A stretch of DNA of 64,000 nucleotides, from NCBI GenBank assembly GCA_965205425.1, contig CBDBGZ010000009.1, positions 1,056,001 through 1,120,000 on the forward strand, in the 5' to 3' direction. The translations under genes and the position numbers were made by a program. This DNA comes from Nitrosopumilus sp. (lineage in GTDB: Archaea; Thermoproteota; Nitrososphaeria; Nitrososphaerales; Nitrosopumilaceae). Under the pieces are notes generated by a model. That model saw only the letters and a list, made by a program, of their open reading frames with translations, had not been told where the DNA came from and did no database searches. Below are positions 28,925 through 39,731 of the stretch, in pieces (within the stretch, counting starts at the first letter, position 1; each line of letters starts with the position of its first letter).

Positions 28925-29206
28925 ATGGCTTCCTATAGAACCAGTATGCAAATTGTAGCAGATTTACTAGACGCTACTCAACAATCTGGCCAAGAAGGCA
29001 TTAAAACAACATCACTACTTACAAAGGCAAACCTATCTCATTCAAGATTATCAAAATTCTTAGAGAATTTAACGGGTGCAGGTCTAATCAATAAGATAGA
29101 ATTTGATGGTAAGAATACTTTTGTAATCACTTCAAAAGGTAGACAATACTTGGACTCGTACATGAATTTCTCCAGTATTGCAGGATCATTTGGATTAGAA
29201 CTTTAA
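28925..29206 (+). CDS. Winged-HTH regulator, paralog of 21758-22045
   Basis: YRTSMQI, KANLSHSRL, ITSKGRQYL. Confidence 0.85.
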   Translation: MASYRTSMQIVADLLDATQQSGQEGIKTTSLLTKANLSHSRLSKFLENLTGAGLINKIEFDGKNTFVITSKGRQYLDSYMNFSSIAGSFGLEL

Positions 29207-29209
29207 AAT

Positions 29210-29422
29210 TTATTTTCTAGATCTTCTTTTAGCATTAGCTGCTTGTCGTTCTTTTCTTTCTTTGTAAGTGCTGTATACAAAAATAATGATGATTCCTGCA
29301 ATAGCAGCATAAAATAATGGAATAAGTGGAGGATCACGGAATTCTCCAGATGATGGTTCAACAAATGCAATTGGTATAGTCACAACCATAAAAATCAAAA
29401 CTACTAGTAGATATTTATCCAT
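29210..29422 (-). CDS. Small two-TM membrane protein
   Basis: Two hydrophobic segments, basic tail. Confidence 0.7.
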   Translation of the reverse strand: MDKYLLVVLIFMVVTIPIAFVEPSSGEFRDPPLIPLFYAAIAGIIIIFVYSTYKERKERQAANAKRRSRK

Positions 29423-29480
29423 AAAATGATTGTTTTACAAAACCATATATCTTTTTGATTTTACAAAGTAAGCATAGAAA

Positions 29481-29669
29481 ATGGTCAAAATGCTAGAAAT
29501 GATAGGAATAGTTCTTGTTGCAATTATGACATTAGGGTTTGTAGGATTATTTCAGCCATATGGGATAAAAAATGGAACTTCAGAATTATTTTGGGGATGT
29601 GCAGGTGCCACACTTATGATAATCATCTATAGAAAGATGAAGGACAAACGTGAAGAAAAAGAAAATTAG
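29481..29669 (+). CDS. Small two-TM membrane protein
   Basis: Two hydrophobic segments, charged tail. Confidence 0.65.
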   Translation: MVKMLEMIGIVLVAIMTLGFVGLFQPYGIKNGTSELFWGCAGATLMIIIYRKMKDKREEKEN

Positions 29670-29761
29670 AAAATTTTTTAGAATTTGTTAGCGATTGATC
29701 AATTATCAATCAACCGGCAGATCTATAAAGGACAATTCCAAGTAATTGATGAGGGGAGTAT

Positions 29762-29845
29762 TTGACAGAACAAACTAAACAATGGTGGGAAGGTCTAGGA
29801 AAAGAACTAGAAACAGATATTGAAACCTTCGAAGAATCAATTTAA
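29762..29845 (+). CDS. Candidate microprotein (27 aa)
   Basis: TTG start after GAGGGGAG; (M)TEQTKQWWEGLGKELETDIETFEESI; TATAAA near 29724. Confidence 0.45.
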   Translation: MTEQTKQWWEGLGKELETDIETFEESI

Positions 29846-29868
29846 TTATTATATCAAAAAATTTAACA

Positions 29869-29942
29869 AGCCTTGAACGGGGTACGAACCCGCGACCTAA
29901 CGCTTACGAGGCGTTCGCTCTACCAGGCTGAGCTACCAAGGC
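29869..29942 (-). tRNA. tRNA-Thr (CGT)
   Basis: Reverse complement GCCTTGG TAGCTCAGCCTGGTAGAGC, AACGC-CTCGTAA-GCGTT anticodon arm, GGTTCGTACCC. Confidence 0.95.
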
Positions 29943-29995
29943 ACGTTTGGATAAATCCATCAGAGTTAATAAAAAGCCTTTCCGAAATGGACTAA

Positions 29996-31294
29996 TTGAA
30001 AAAAACAATTTCTGGAATTAGAGGAATATTTGGAAAGGATCTTAACCTAAAAGACATACTAGAATTTAGTAATAATTTTTCATCATTAATCAAATCTCAA
30101 AAATGTGTGATTGGTAAAGATACTAGACCATCTGGACAAATGGTAAAAGATACCGCAAGTGCTTCATTAATGAAAAATGGAATAGATGTTTTCAATTTGG
30201 GAACAGTACCAACACCTGTAGTTTTTAGAGAAGCAAGAAATTATGGTGCAGGGTTGGTAATTTCGTCATCCCACAATCCATTAGAATGGAATGGAATGAA
30301 GTTCATTATTGAAGGAAGAGGAATTAATGAATCAGAACTTCCTAAAATAATCAACCACCAAGAAAGATTAGAAACAAGGATTGGATCGGAGACTAATTTA
30401 TCAACGTCGTATATTGAAGATGCAAAAAAAATCATCGGGAATGTTGAAAATAAACCAGAAATAGTAGTAGATATTGGTGGAGGAGCAGCAAAGGGCTTTG
30501 CTCCAGAATTATTAACTCAAATTGGATGTAGAGTCAAAATATTAAACGAAGATCTCTCGAGATGTACTAGAGGGCCAGACCCAACATCAGATAATTTATC
30601 AGAATTGATTACTTCAACTGTCAAAAAAGAGATCGGATTTGCTTTTGATTTAGATGGAGATCGATTAGTTGTAGTAAGGAATGGTAAAAAACAAACTCCC
30701 GATGTTACACTTGGATTAGGAGTAGCAAAATCTATCGAATTGGGTTACAAGAATTTTATTCTAAGTATTGATTCAAGTGTTTCAATTGAAAAGTTCATCA
30801 AAGAAAAAGGTGGAACCGTTCAGAGATCTAAAGTGGGAGAAGCAAATGTGATTGATCTTATGTTAAAAAATAATGCACAAGCTGGAGGGGAAGGTAGTAG
30901 TGGAGGTTTTATTTTACCAAAATTCAATTATTGTAGAGAAGGGATTCTAACTAGTGGTCTCATTGCATCGATGCTTGGCACTTTAGAGTTTAATGAAATT
31001 TTAAACTATATGGAAAGTTTTAACCAAATTAGAGATAAAATAAAAGTTAATTCAGATTTTCATGATAAAATAATTGAAGAAATAAAATCTAAATTTTCAA
31101 AAAATTATTCTGAAACAATTTCATTAGATGGAATTAAAGGAATTATAGATGAAGATAGTTGGGTATTGATCAGAAAATCAAATACAGAGGACATCATTAG
31201 AGTTTCAGCAGAATCAAATAATATTGAAAAATGTAAAAAGATAGTCAAAGATACGTTAGAATTGGTGAATCAAAGTTATGAAAAAATTAGATGA
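29996..31294 (+). CDS. Phosphomannomutase/phosphoglucomutase family
   Basis: SSHNP, DLDGDR, VGE, GGEGSSG, RKSNTE. Confidence 0.92.
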   Translation: MKKTISGIRGIFGKDLNLKDILEFSNNFSSLIKSQKCVIGKDTRPSGQMVKDTASASLMKNGIDVFNLGTVPTPVVFREARNYGAGLVISSSHNPLEWNGMKFIIEGRGINESELPKIINHQERLETRIGSETNLSTSYIEDAKKIIGNVENKPEIVVDIGGGAAKGFAPELLTQIGCRVKILNEDLSRCTRGPDPTSDNLSELITSTVKKEIGFAFDLDGDRLVVVRNGKKQTPDVTLGLGVAKSIELGYKNFILSIDSSVSIEKFIKEKGGTVQRSKVGEANVIDLMLKNNAQAGGEGSSGGFILPKFNYCREGILTSGLIASMLGTLEFNEILNYMESFNQIRDKIKVNSDFHDKIIEEIKSKFSKNYSETISLDGIKGIIDEDSWVLIRKSNTEDIIRVSAESNNIEKCKKIVKDTLELVNQSYEKIR

Positions 31295-32222
31295 ATCTTC
31301 AATAATTAAAATTTTTCAGAGAGGATTAGAGAAAAAAGATTCAGAAGATGTAGAAGTTTTGAACTTGGGGAAAATCAAAATTATAGCAAAAACAGACACT
31401 CTAGTGGAAAGTACAGATATTCCAACAAAAATGAAAATATCTGATGCCGCAAGAAAAAGCATAGTTGCATGTGTAAGTGATTTTGCTGCAAAAGGTGTCA
31501 AACCTAGTTTTGGAATAATCTCAGTTAATCTCCCAAAAACAATTTCACTCTCAAAAGTTAATGAAATTAATGTAGGTTTTAGAAAAGCATGTAGAGAATT
31601 TGATATTTCTATTCTGGGAGGAGATACAAATGAAGGTAAAGAAATAGTGTTCAACGTATGTCTCTTTGGTGAAGCAAATAGTATTGTTTCAAGAAAAGGT
31701 TCTAAGAAAGGAGATTTGATATTTGTAACTGGTCCATTTGGATATACTTCTGCTGGATTGAGTATGCTTTTAGATAAAAAGAAAGGAAGTAGTAGGTTTA
31801 TTGAAAAATCTATTAAATCAGTCACTAAGCCAAAACCCAGACTCGATTTTGGTTTAAAAAATAAAAAATATTTTTCATCATCAATGGATTCTAGTGATGG
31901 ATTATCTACTACCTTAAATGAAATGTCAAAACAAAGTAAAAACAAATTTGTAATAAATAAAAAGCCAGCTTTGAAAGATTTAGAAGAATTTGTAAAATCT
32001 CAAAGACTAAATTTGGACAATTTAATTTTTAATGGTGGAGAAGAATACGAATTTATCTTTACAATACATCCAAAATATAAAAAAATAATTAAAAGAAATG
32101 CAATATTAATGAAAATACCAATTATAGAAATTGGCTATGTTACTTTAGGTAAAGGGGTGTTTATTGAAAAAAATTCTAAACTTGTTCGTTTGAAAGATTT
32201 AGGATGGAAACATTTCAAATAG
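31278..32222 (+). CDS. thiL: Thiamine-monophosphate kinase
   Basis: SDFAAKG, GGDT, MDSSDGL, GGEEYE. Confidence 0.92.
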   Translation: MKKLDESSIIKIFQRGLEKKDSEDVEVLNLGKIKIIAKTDTLVESTDIPTKMKISDAARKSIVACVSDFAAKGVKPSFGIISVNLPKTISLSKVNEINVGFRKACREFDISILGGDTNEGKEIVFNVCLFGEANSIVSRKGSKKGDLIFVTGPFGYTSAGLSMLLDKKKGSSRFIEKSIKSVTKPKPRLDFGLKNKKYFSSSMDSSDGLSTTLNEMSKQSKNKFVINKKPALKDLEEFVKSQRLNLDNLIFNGGEEYEFIFTIHPKYKKIIKRNAILMKIPIIEIGYVTLGKGVFIEKNSKLVRLKDLGWKHFK

Positions 32223-32540
32223 TTATTCTCCATGAGAAATATCTCGTTCAACATTATTTACAATACTAAAAATTGAATCTGTAGGTAAAACAGCAACACA
32301 TTCTGTCATCCATAAATTATCTAGATATGTTATACGTTTAAAATCATCATTTGGAAGTTCATCAGGATTTGAGTTAGGATACATTGCATGAATTCTATAT
32401 CCTTCATTTGCAATTTGTTGACAATTTTGTTCTAAGGGAGATAAACCTGAATCATTCGGGGTTAAGAAATGAATTGCCACTGAGGCCATCAAAGCGACTG
32501 CTATCGCTATACCAATTGCTAAAAAGAAAATGGATGCCAT
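32223..32540 (-). CDS. Membrane-anchored hypothetical protein
   Basis: N-terminal TM helix, two Cys. Confidence 0.7.
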   Translation of the reverse strand: MASIFFLAIGIAIAVALMASVAIHFLTPNDSGLSPLEQNCQQIANEGYRIHAMYPNSNPDELPNDDFKRITYLDNLWMTECVAVLPTDSIFSIVNNVERDISHGE

Positions 32541-32657
32541 TTAATCCAAACAAATGGAAATAGTATATGAATAGTCATTGATTCCTAGCCAATTATCAAA
32601 AATAAGACAAGTTTGGAAAATCAATGTATTTTAAACCCTTTAAGGCCTGAGTAGACA

Positions 32658-33191
32658 TTGTCAGAAGTTGAAGCTGAGGTAAAGATAGAGGAAACTGAAG
32701 CAGTAGTTGAGGAAACTGAAGCAGTAGTTGAGGAAACTGAAGCAGTAGTTGAGGAAACTGAAGCAGTAGTTGAATCAAAATCTCAACCAGAAACAAAAAA
32801 AGAAGGCCCAGAGAAATGGGGAATTGCTCATATTTACAGTAGTTACAATAATACAATTATTCACATGACCGACCTTACAGGCGGAGAAACAGTGGCCATC
32901 AGTTCTGGTGGAATTCATGTTAATGCAGATAGATACGAATCATCACCATTTGCTGCAATGAAAGCTGCAAATGCAGTAGTTGAATCTGCAAGAACCAAAG
33001 GATTTACTGGATTTCACATAAGAGTTCGTGCTGTTGGTGGAGTTGGTTCCAGAGTTCCGGGTCCAGGTGCACAAGCAGCAATTAGAGCATTAGCAAGAGG
33101 CGGATTCAAAATTGGAAGAATTGATGACGTTACACCAATTCCTCATGACACCACCAGAAAGAAAGGTGGTAAAAGAGGAAGAAGAGTCTAG
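32658..33191 (+). CDS. rps11: 30S ribosomal protein S11 with repetitive acidic N-terminus
   Basis: [36 protein letters not shown]. Confidence 0.97.
   Translation: MSEVEAEVKIEETEAVVEETEAVVEETEAVVEETEAVVESKSQPETKKEGPEKWGIAHIYSSYNNTIIHMTDLTGGETVAISSGGIHVNADRYESSPFAAMKAANAVVESARTKGFTGFHIRVRAVGGVGSRVPGPGAQAAIRALARGGFKIGRIDDVTPIPHDTTRKKGGKRGRRV
32688..32771 (+). repeat. Perfect 21-bp tandem repeat x4 (EETEAVV)
   Basis: GAGGAAACTGAAGCAGTAGTT four times with no mismatch. Confidence 0.97.
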
Positions 33192-33502
33192 TCAGAAATT
33201 TTTATTTTAAGTTCACAGCCTCTAGAAATAAAATAATCAGTCATAAATTTTACAAATTTTTCTGCAGGATAATTTGCTTGATATTTTTCAATCATATCAG
33301 AAAATTTTTCTTCTATTCCATTTTGTAAATCAGGTTTAAATGCAATTTTAAAAAATGTCCAACCAAATTTTGGAGAGGGTTCACTTAGAGCATACCCATT
33401 ATAGCCATTGACTAAACTTTCCATATGAGATAATGCTTTTTTAATCGATAGTAAATCATCTGTATAATTTTTTGTTCCAACTTCCAATACAATATTCATC
33501 AT
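33188..33502 (-). CDS. Hypothetical protein
   Basis: 104-aa ORF overlapping the stop of the upstream gene. Confidence 0.7.
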   Translation of the reverse strand: MMNIVLEVGTKNYTDDLLSIKKALSHMESLVNGYNGYALSEPSPKFGWTFFKIAFKPDLQNGIEEKFSDMIEKYQANYPAEKFVKFMTDYFISRGCELKIKISD

Positions 33503-33903
33503 TCATCACCAGATGATTTATTGCTGAATTTGTCACTCAATGAAACAAATTTTCCATCTTGTTCAACATTAATTTTTGTAGCCATCCTAACATTCAATCC
33601 TACTGATCTAAACAAATTCAATAGTTTTCCTCCATCAAGACTTTCATTAATTTCACCAGTTTTAATTAATTCAAATAATTTATCTACAATCATTTTAGTT
33701 TCAGTAGGGAATTGGGATTCAGCGTTTTCTAAAACTTCTAATCCTCTAAATCCAAGAATTTTGATTAGAGAATCTCTAGGATTTTCAGTAACATTTTCTT
33801 TTGTAGTTTGAGTTGGCTCAGGTTCTTGTTTTGTAGAAATATTTTTCTGCATTTCTGCAAGTCTCTTTGCCTTTAATCTTTCAAGTTCAGAATCTTCGCT
33901 CAA
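33499..33903 (-). CDS. PDCD5-like dsDNA-binding protein
   Basis: DSELERLKAKRLAEMQ N-terminus. Confidence 0.7.
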   Translation of the reverse strand: MSEDSELERLKAKRLAEMQKNISTKQEPEPTQTTKENVTENPRDSLIKILGFRGLEVLENAESQFPTETKMIVDKLFELIKTGEINESLDGGKLLNLFRSVGLNVRMATKINVEQDGKFVSLSDKFSNKSSGDE

Positions 33904-35348
33904 CCTTTAATCACACCAATAGGCACTAATTTTGCAACTTTTGTGGCAATTCCCAGATTATGAGATACATCAACTACAGAATCAACATCTTTGTAAGCTT
34001 GAGGGGTTTCTTCCACAACCCCATCTCGGGTTAATGCTTTGATAAATATGCCCTTGTCATTGAGGGATTTTTTGACATCATCCTCAGTAAAATTTCTTCT
34101 AGCCTTGGATCTTGACATGGTTCTACCTGCCCCGTGTGCAGTTGAACCAAAACTCAAATCCATAGAATTTGGCTGACCAAGTAAAATCCAGCTTGCAGTT
34201 CCCATTGAACCTGGAACCAGAACAGGTTGTCCCAAATCTCGATATTTTGAGGGTATTTCATTTCTATTTGCAGGAAATGCTCTAGTTGCACCCTTTCTAT
34301 GAACAACCAAATTTCGATCATGACCATCAACCTTGTGTTTTTCTACTTTAGCAATATTGTGTGCTACATCATAAACTAATTTCATATCAAGATCAGATTC
34401 AGATTGATTGAAAACACGTTGAAATGAATTTCTAGTCCAATGAGTTAACATTTGTCTATTGCTCCATGCAAAATTTAATGCTGAAAACATTGCTTTTCTA
34501 TAAGACTCACCTTCTTCAGAATTATTTGGAACACATGCTAGTTCTCTGTCGGGCAAATTAATATCATATTTTTCCATAGCTTGTTCAGAGACTCTAAGAT
34601 AATCACTACATACTTGATGACCAAATCCTCTAGAACCACAATGAATTAAAATAGTGATAGTTCCTTCTTCAATTCCCATTCTTTTTGCTGCTTCTTCATC
34701 ATGAATTTCTGCAACTTTTTGAACCTCAAGAAAATGATTCCCAGAACCTAAACTTCCGAGTTGAGGTGCACCTCTTTTTCTAGCTTTATCAGAAACTTTG
34801 TTCGGATCAGCATTTTGTATTTGTCCATTTTCTTCACAAACATCTGCATCATCGGATGTACCATATCCATGATCAATTGCCCAATTAACTCCTTTAACTA
34901 AAACTTCATCAAGTTCTGAATGTGTAAGTTTTACTGCGCCTTTAGATCCAACACCAGAAGGAATAGAGCTAAATAGATCAGTAACTAGTTCTTTTAATTT
35001 TGAACGAACTGTTTGTTCTGTTAAATTTGAACGGAGTAATCTAACGCCACAGTTGATATCATAACCAACGCCACCAGGACTAATCATTCCTTCTTCAGCA
35101 TCCATTGCTGCAACTCCACCAACAGGAAAACCATATCCTTCATGTCCATCTGGCAATACAACACTATGTCCTACAATACCAGGAATTGAAGCAACATTTC
35201 GTGCCTGCATAATTGTTCTATCAGATAACATTTTCTGCATTAATGATTCATTAGCATAAATCCTTACAGGGACTTTCATCCCAAGGTTTGAATCAGCATC
35301 AATTTGATATTGATTTTCTCCAATTTTTCTCGGATTAGTAGAGGACAT
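33900..35348 (-). CDS. rtcB: tRNA-splicing ligase RtcB
   Basis: PDGHEGYGFPVGG, GYDINCG, GSLGSGNHFLE, HRKGAT, HGAGR. Confidence 0.97.
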   Translation of the reverse strand: MSSTNPRKIGENQYQIDADSNLGMKVPVRIYANESLMQKMLSDRTIMQARNVASIPGIVGHSVVLPDGHEGYGFPVGGVAAMDAEEGMISPGGVGYDINCGVRLLRSNLTEQTVRSKLKELVTDLFSSIPSGVGSKGAVKLTHSELDEVLVKGVNWAIDHGYGTSDDADVCEENGQIQNADPNKVSDKARKRGAPQLGSLGSGNHFLEVQKVAEIHDEEAAKRMGIEEGTITILIHCGSRGFGHQVCSDYLRVSEQAMEKYDINLPDRELACVPNNSEEGESYRKAMFSALNFAWSNRQMLTHWTRNSFQRVFNQSESDLDMKLVYDVAHNIAKVEKHKVDGHDRNLVVHRKGATRAFPANRNEIPSKYRDLGQPVLVPGSMGTASWILLGQPNSMDLSFGSTAHGAGRTMSRSKARRNFTEDDVKKSLNDKGIFIKALTRDGVVEETPQAYKDVDSVVDVSHNLGIATKVAKLVPIGVIKG

Positions 35349-35408
35349 GAGTATGGGTAAAAATTCCTTTCAATCCAATTTAAATTATTCAAAGTTAGTT
35401 CAAAAAGT

Positions 35409-35564
35409 ATGTTAGATGAAACAATAATCACACAAAAAGCAAATCAATTACTTGCAGAATTCAGATCAAATCCAGATTGGGCAATTGACGAAAAAAATTT
35501 CAAACAAGGATATTTCAAAGCTTTAGAGTGGGTTTTGCAAGATACTGGGATTATAGAAAGGTAA
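35409..35564 (+). CDS. Small hypothetical protein (51 aa), absent from the ORF track
   Basis: MLDETIITQKANQLLAEFRSNPDWAIDEKNFKQGYFKALEWVLQDTGIIER; TTTAAA about 30 nt upstream. Confidence 0.65.
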   Translation: MLDETIITQKANQLLAEFRSNPDWAIDEKNFKQGYFKALEWVLQDTGIIER

Positions 35565-35633
35565 TTTTGATAATTATTGCCAAATACTGGATTAATGATC
35601 TAATTTATCTATGATAAAATAGTTTCATTATTC

Positions 35634-35834
35634 ATGGTAAGAAAAAAACTAACTGAAAAAGAAGTAGCGAAACAAAAAGAAGAACAAAAAGTTAGAGCTA
35701 AAGCTTCTCGTGCAGCTAGAAGAAGTGGAAAAAGTGTCAAAACAGAAGGAAAGGTTAGTAAATCAACTGCAAAGACAAAAGAAGTTAGATCATCAAAGAA
35801 AGTTGCAGCTGTAAAAAAGAGAACAAGAAGTTAG
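35634..35834 (+). CDS. Small highly basic K/R-rich protein
   Basis: 66 aa dominated by K, R, S, A. Confidence 0.7.
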   Translation: MVRKKLTEKEVAKQKEEQKVRAKASRAARRSGKSVKTEGKVSKSTAKTKEVRSSKKVAAVKKRTRS

Positions 35835-35865
35835 ATTTATGTACAAAGTATAAACAATAGATACA

Positions 35866-37227
35866 TTGGCAATCCTACCTATTGATAATGGTCGTTATGG
35901 CACCAAAGAAATGATGGTAATTTTCAGTGAGCAAAAGAAAATAGATTATCAATTAGAGATCGAAGGAGCAGCTGCTATTTCTCAAAGTGAGATAGGAATG
36001 ATCTCAAAGGGTGTAGGTAAAGAAATTCACAAGGCTGCAATGTCAGGGAAAATCACTGTAAAAAGAATCAAACAGTTAGAAGCAAAAAGTGATCACGATA
36101 CTGCCGCTTTAGTAGAATCACTTAGTGAGAAATGTTCTAAAAATGCAAGACCTTGGATTCATTATGGTTTGACAAGTAATGATTTAGTTGATACAAGTAA
36201 TTCTATGCAAATGAGAGATGCATTGCAAATTATTGAACCCAAAGTTGCAAAGATGGCATCTATTCTTGCAAAAAAATCTGTAAAATATTCAAAGATTCCA
36301 GCAGTAGGTAGAACTCACGGACAACATGCCAGCATTATATCATTTGGATTAAAATTTGCTAACTGGGCTGCAGAGATGGCAAAACATGTAGAGCGAATTG
36401 AAGAAATTAAGAAAAGAATTTTGATTTGTAAAACATTAGGTGTCGTAGGTACGGGTTCCCTAATGGGGGCAAAATCACTTGAAGTACAAAAAAGAGCTGC
36501 AAAGCGACTAAAATTATTCCCAGCAGAAGTTACAACACAAATTGTACCTAGAGAAAGATATGCAGAATATGTATTTGAATTGGCATTGATTGGTGCTACT
36601 TTAGAAAAAATTGCAATAGAGATTAGAAATTTACAAAGAACTGAAATAGGCGAAGTTGCAGAACAATTTAAGAAAGGACAAATGGGAAGCAGTGCAGTTC
36701 CAGTGAAAAGGAATCCAATAAAGAGTGAACGAGTATCATCATTGTCAAAATTAGTAAGAAGTCAAGTAGCATTATCTTTTGAAAATATTCCATTATGGCA
36801 TGAACGAGATTTATCAAATTCAGCCAATGAGAGATTTGTAATTCCAACAGTATCAATTCTTGTTGATGAAATGCTTGAAACCATGACTAGAATTGTTTCA
36901 AACTTGATGGTAAACGAGAAAAGAATTGTAGATAATCTATACATTACAAAAGGCCAAATATTTGCAGAGTTTGTTTTAGAGGCATTAATCAAAAAAGGTA
37001 TTCCAAGATTTGTTGCATATAGAGATGTCCAGAGAGTGGCATTTGAGGCAAATGACAAAGGAATGTTTTACAAAGATGCAATCAAAAACGATAAAGCATT
37101 TTCTTCAAAGCTCACTGACAAAGAAATTGATGCAATATTCTCACCAGAAAAACACCTTGGTGCATCACCAGCAATCATTAGTAATGTAGAGAAATCAGTT
37201 AAGAAAACAGTTCAAAAATTCCTCTAA
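35866..37227 (+). CDS. purB: Adenylosuccinate lyase
   Basis: HYGLTSND, GRTHGQHA, GSSAVPVKRNP. Confidence 0.95.
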   Translation: MAILPIDNGRYGTKEMMVIFSEQKKIDYQLEIEGAAAISQSEIGMISKGVGKEIHKAAMSGKITVKRIKQLEAKSDHDTAALVESLSEKCSKNARPWIHYGLTSNDLVDTSNSMQMRDALQIIEPKVAKMASILAKKSVKYSKIPAVGRTHGQHASIISFGLKFANWAAEMAKHVERIEEIKKRILICKTLGVVGTGSLMGAKSLEVQKRAAKRLKLFPAEVTTQIVPRERYAEYVFELALIGATLEKIAIEIRNLQRTEIGEVAEQFKKGQMGSSAVPVKRNPIKSERVSSLSKLVRSQVALSFENIPLWHERDLSNSANERFVIPTVSILVDEMLETMTRIVSNLMVNEKRIVDNLYITKGQIFAEFVLEALIKKGIPRFVAYRDVQRVAFEANDKGMFYKDAIKNDKAFSSKLTDKEIDAIFSPEKHLGASPAIISNVEKSVKKTVQKFL

Positions 37228-37315
37228 AACATTTTAGAACAATCATACCTTAAGTGTTGAATCATGGGGATTCAGCCACTATTTTGGAAATGAGAATGGA
37301 CGCAAATACGCCTAA

Positions 37316-37975
37316 TTAAGAAGATTTAGTGTGAGATGCAATTCTCTTTTCACTTGGTTTGTGTTTTCCTGTAACGATATAGTTGATGGCATCACTCATG
37401 AACACTGCATGATCTCCAATTCTTTCAAGATAACGTAAGAGTAAGGCTTCAGCTAGAGCACATTTGGTATTGTTTGATTTTATCAACTGTGGCAATCGTT
37501 CGTTGTAGATTTTATCTATGAATGCTTCATCTTCTTGTATTTTTACAGCTTTTCTTACATCAAGTTCTGCAAAGGACAAAACAGCTTCCTTTATCATGTG
37601 TTTTACTTTTTTTGTAATTTCAACAAGAGATTCATTTGGACATTCAGAAATATCTCCAAATAGATCTCTTACCTGAGTTATATCATAAGCATATCTTCCA
37701 AATCTTGAAAATGCGTAAGATATTTCAGTTGACGAACGAATCATTCTAAAATCATCTGCTACTGGTTGATATTTTAATAACATATCAAAAATCAAATCTT
37801 CAACTTCGAAATACTTGTTACGAATTGAATCAGATAGTTCGTAAACCTGCTCAGTGGTATTTTTTCCATCAAGATATGAATCGACAGCTAGTGAAACACA
37901 TTCACTTGCCATATCTCCCATCTGAGACATTATCGCACTTAATCTTTCAAGAGATGGATCAATTAATCTAGTCAT
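37316..37975 (-). CDS. phoU: Phosphate signalling protein PhoU
   Basis: YQPVADDFR, LERIGDHA. Confidence 0.92.
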   Translation of the reverse strand: MTRLIDPSLERLSAIMSQMGDMASECVSLAVDSYLDGKNTTEQVYELSDSIRNKYFEVEDLIFDMLLKYQPVADDFRMIRSSTEISYAFSRFGRYAYDITQVRDLFGDISECPNESLVEITKKVKHMIKEAVLSFAELDVRKAVKIQEDEAFIDKIYNERLPQLIKSNNTKCALAEALLLRYLERIGDHAVFMSDAINYIVTGKHKPSEKRIASHTKSS

Positions 37976-38811
37976 TATCCAAATTGCCCCTGAACATATT
38001 TTGCCGTCAAATCATTTTTTGGATCAGTAAATAATTTCTTTGTTTCTCTAAACTCAATTAATTCTCCAAGATACATAAATCCGGTATAATCTGAAACTCT
38101 AACTGCTTGTTGCATGTTATGAGTTACTATAATTATCGTATAGTCTTTTTTTAATTCTGTAATTGTTTCTTCAATTTTTTGTGTTGCAATAGGATCTAAT
38201 GCAGATGCAGGCTCATCCATTAGTAATACCTCAGGTTGAATTGCCAATGCTCTTGCAATGCAAAGCCTTTGTTGTTGACCACCAGATAATTCAATTGCAG
38301 ATTTTTTCAAATCATTTTTTACTTCATCCCAAAGATATGCCATTTTGAGCGTATCCTCTACAATTTCATCTAGAATTCTCTTGTCTTTTACTCCATTTAG
38401 TTTTAGACCCGCAGTAACGTTATCATAAATTGACATTGTTGGGAACGGATTTGGTTTTTGAAAAACCATCCCCACTTTTCTTCTATGATAGATTGGGTCT
38501 ATTGATTTATCATAGAGATCAATATCATCAATCATTACTTTACCTTCAACTTTAGCGTTTTTTGTCATATCATGCATCCGGTTAAGACATCTAAGAAAAG
38601 TGGTCTTTCCACATCCAGATGGACCAATTAAAGCAGTGACAGATTTTTCTGGAAATTTCATTGTAACGTTTTTCACACCCATTGTATCGCCATAATGAAT
38701 AGTTACATTTTCTGCAATCATTTTGAATTTTTTTTCTACACGAGATACAGAGTCAGGAATTTTTGAATTAGTAGAATTAGTAATGTTTTGTTCAGGTGTA
38801 CTCATAGTCAT
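37975..38811 (-). CDS. pstB: Phosphate ABC transporter ATPase
   Basis: [28 protein letters not shown]. Confidence 0.96.
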   Translation of the reverse strand: MTMSTPEQNITNSTNSKIPDSVSRVEKKFKMIAENVTIHYGDTMGVKNVTMKFPEKSVTALIGPSGCGKTTFLRCLNRMHDMTKNAKVEGKVMIDDIDLYDKSIDPIYHRRKVGMVFQKPNPFPTMSIYDNVTAGLKLNGVKDKRILDEIVEDTLKMAYLWDEVKNDLKKSAIELSGGQQQRLCIARALAIQPEVLLMDEPASALDPIATQKIEETITELKKDYTIIIVTHNMQQAVRVSDYTGFMYLGELIEFRETKKLFTDPKNDLTAKYVQGQFG

Positions 38812-39731
38812 TGCTTAACTGATCCTCCATGTTTAATCAACTTCCTTATCATTCCAGTTCCATTTCCAAAATAATAACGAACAGCTAAATTGATTCCAAT
38901 GATGATAAATATCAAAACTAATGCAGCCCCCCATCCCTGTAACTGTGAACTCTCATAAGGTAACAAAGATAATCTCCAAATTCTCAAAGGTAAGGCATCC
39001 ATTGGAACATCCATGCTACTGAAAAATTGACTGCTTCCAAGAATGGTCATTATCAAAGGAGCAGTTTCTCCACCTATTCTTGAAACGGAAAGTAAAATTC
39101 CAGTAATCATTCCGCCTTTAGCAGCAGAAATTACAATTCTAAAACTAATAACCCATTTTTTCAAACCTAGGGCAGTTCCTGCTTCACGATAAGTTACAGG
39201 AACCATCTTTAGAGATTCCTCAGTAGTTCTTGCAACAATTGGAAACATGATTAATGCCAATGCAAATGCACCAGCCCATACTGAAAAATGTCCAAGAATC
39301 AATACAATTACTAAAAATGCAAAAATTCCAAGAACTATAGATGGAAATTCCATAAACACATCATTGAAAAATCGAACATTTCTTGCAAGTCTATTATCAC
39401 CGTATTCTGAGAGAAATATACCGGACATAACTCCAATAGGAACTCCAATCAGGCTGGCAAGCCCAATTATTATCAAGGTACCCTGAATTGCAGGTCCAAT
39501 ACCACCTTCACCCGAACCGATTGATCCAGGAGTTGCAGTTAAAAACTCATAATTTATTGCAGTAATACCATTTTTGAAAACTTCTACAAGTATACTTCCA
39601 AGAGGAATAATTGCAATTATGACAAATGCGAAAATTATGATATGAACTATTTTATCAACAAGTAATCTCTTTTTTACATTATTTTTGAATAATGCACGAT
39701 ACTCTTGTCTTTTTTCGTTAGTTGTAGTCAA
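38808..39731 (-). CDS. pstA: Phosphate ABC transporter permease
   Basis: [23 protein letters not shown]. Confidence 0.94.
   Translation of the reverse strand: MTTTNEKRQEYRALFKNNVKKRLLVDKIVHIIIFAFVIIAIIPLGSILVEVFKNGITAINYEFLTATPGSIGSGEGGIGPAIQGTLIIIGLASLIGVPIGVMSGIFLSEYGDNRLARNVRFFNDVFMEFPSIVLGIFAFLVIVLILGHFSVWAGAFALALIMFPIVARTTEESLKMVPVTYREAGTALGLKKWVISFRIVISAAKGGMITGILLSVSRIGGETAPLIMTILGSSQFFSSMDVPMDALPLRIWRLSLLPYESSQLQGWGAALVLIFIIIGINLAVRYYFGNGTGMIRKLIKHGGSVKQ

Noticed and set aside
25614..29942. tRNA-anchored integrated element carrying AIPR
   Set aside because: No integrase and no duplicated tRNA 3' end (att site) found; the genes look like resident chromosomal genes.
32688..32771. 21-bp repeats as CRISPR or iterons; antisense ORF 32596-32856
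   Set aside because: No spacers; the repeats lie in-frame in rps11, and the antisense ORF is a by-product.
37264..37293. Tiny ORF MGIQPLFWK between purB and phoU
   Set aside because: Nine codons with no supporting signal; cannot be distinguished from chance.
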